Below are positions 63,122-64,000 of a stretch of 64,000 bases of DNA, in pieces. Source of the DNA: an uncultured Conexibacteraceae bacterium. Lineage in GTDB: Bacteria > Actinomycetota > Thermoleophilia > Solirubrobacterales > 70-9. Within the stretch, counting starts at the first letter, position 1, and each line of letters starts with the position of its first letter. The DNA is taken from positions 43,148 to 107,147 of the forward strand of contig CAZIOS010000003.1 of NCBI GenBank assembly GCA_964540905.1, read 5' to 3'. Position numbers and translations under genes: made by a program. The notes under the pieces are model-generated. The model was not told the DNA's origin. It did no database searches and saw only the letters and a program-made list of their open reading frames with translations.

Positions 63122-63925
63122 ATGGAACTTGCCGGCCGCAAAGCACTTCTGACCGGGGCCACCGGTGGCCTCGGCCGGGCGATCGCCGGGGCTCTGGCCG
63201 GCCAGGGGGCGAGCGTGGCGCTGAGCGCCCGCAAGCCGGAGGCGCTTGAGGCCCTGGCCACCGAGCTGCCCGGCGACGGCCACCGCGTCCTGCCCGCCGA
63301 CCTGGCCGAGCCCGGCGCCGCCGAGCGGCTCGCCGCCGCGGCCGGCGCCGTCGACGTCCTCGTCGCCAACGCCGGCCTGCCCGGCGCCGGCTGGCTGCTC
63401 GACTTCACGCCCGAGCAGGTGACGCGGGCGCTGCGGGTCAACCTCGAGGCGCCGATGCTGCTGGCCCAGGCGCTGGCGCCGGCGATGATCGAGCGCGGCA
63501 GCGGCCAGCTCGTCTTCGTCGCCTCGCTGGCGGGCAAGTCCGCCAGCCCCCTGACCTCGATCTACAACGCGACCAAGTTCGGCCTGCGCGGCTTCGCCTT
63601 CGCTCTGCGCTCCGACCTGGCGCCGAAGGGAGTCGGCGTCTCGCTCGTCTCCCCCGGCTTCATCCGCGAGGCGGGGATGTTCGCCGACGCCGGCGCCAAG
63701 CCGCCCCCGGGCATGGGCACGAGCACGCCCGAGCAGGTCGCGGCGGCGGTGGTCAAGGCGGTCGTCCAGGACAAGGTCGAGCTGGCGGTGGCGCCGCGGC
63801 GCCAGCGGGCGCTGGCCCACATCGGCCTGGCCAGCCCCAGCATCGCGATCCGGGCGCAGAGCGGCGCCGCCGGCCAGAAGGCGGCCAGCGCGATCGCCGA
63901 CGGGCACTCGAAGGACAAGAGGTAG
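63122..63925 (+). CDS. SDR-family oxidoreductase
   Basis: TGATGGLGRAIA, NAG, YNATKFG catalytic YxxxK. Trimmed to ATG 63122. Confidence 0.88.
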   Translation: MELAGRKALLTGATGGLGRAIAGALAGQGASVALSARKPEALEALATELPGDGHRVLPADLAEPGAAERLAAAAGAVDVLVANAGLPGAGWLLDFTPEQVTRALRVNLEAPMLLAQALAPAMIERGSGQLVFVASLAGKSASPLTSIYNATKFGLRGFAFALRSDLAPKGVGVSLVSPGFIREAGMFADAGAKPPPGMGTSTPEQVAAAVVKAVVQDKVELAVAPRRQRALAHIGLASPSIAIRAQSGAAGQKAASAIADGHSKDKR

Positions 63926-63948
63926 ACGACGACTTTGGGAGGCAACCG

Positions 63949-64000
63949 ATGAGCAGCGATTCCTTTGGCGCCCGTTCGACCCTCGCGGTGAGCGGGCGCG
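63949..64000 (+). CDS. acnA: aconitate hydratase, N-terminal fragment (runs off window end)
   Basis: MSSDSFGARSTLAVSGR resembles actinobacterial AcnA N-termini (M..SFGA..TL.VG). GGGAGG RBS 8 nt upstream. Confidence 0.5.
   Translation, partial: MSSDSFGARSTLAVSGR

Overview
Very GC-rich (about 70% by eye) chromosomal segment. Its gene content looks like a high-GC Gram-positive organism (Actinomycetota-like), but taxonomy cannot be verified here. Most of the window is densely packed housekeeping and metabolic genes on both strands: two aldehyde dehydrogenases, rarA, methylmalonyl-CoA epimerase, ychF, a TetR/MFS pair, SpoIID, fumarase-like lyase, DtxR-family regulator with Nramp (mntH), EfeO/FTR1 iron uptake, a ThDP decarboxylase with a ~974-aa FAD/Fe-S dehydrogenase, ileS, trxA, Ppm1-like GT2, PolX, OtsB, PAC2, a UvrD-type helicase fused to an Fe-S PD-(D/E)XK nuclease, IMPase, UDP-xylose synthase, acyl-CoA mutase catalytic subunit, YeeE/YedE pair, PccB, a Pot-like ABC importer, NlpC/P60, SDRs, and the start of aconitase. 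Many long Arg/Pro/Gly-rich ORFs in the track are high-GC alternate-frame artefacts, and several real genes needed start trimming. Small lower-GC islets carry toxin-antitoxin-like modules: NTase plus frameshifted HEPN, DUF4160/DUF2442, DUF2283, and DUF559/AbiEi. No single system here is demonstrably novel. The signals I think most deserve follow-up are: (1) a single-polypeptide ECF sigma / ZAS anti-sigma / TM fusion translationally coupled to a 658-aa secreted protein; (2) a ~113-121-nt palindromic repeat family (3 copies) with a conserved asymmetric core and copy-specific, self-complementary outer stems; (3) two tandem LexA-type boxes in front of a Lys/Arg-rich protein gene; (4) low-GC perfect palindromes embedded in-frame inside two CDSs; (5) a ydaO-type c-di-AMP riboswitch ahead of NlpC/P60; (6) split half-size TauE genes and a cluster of four TetR paralogs. 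All coordinates were derived by hand, and domain names come from motif recognition and memory, not searches.
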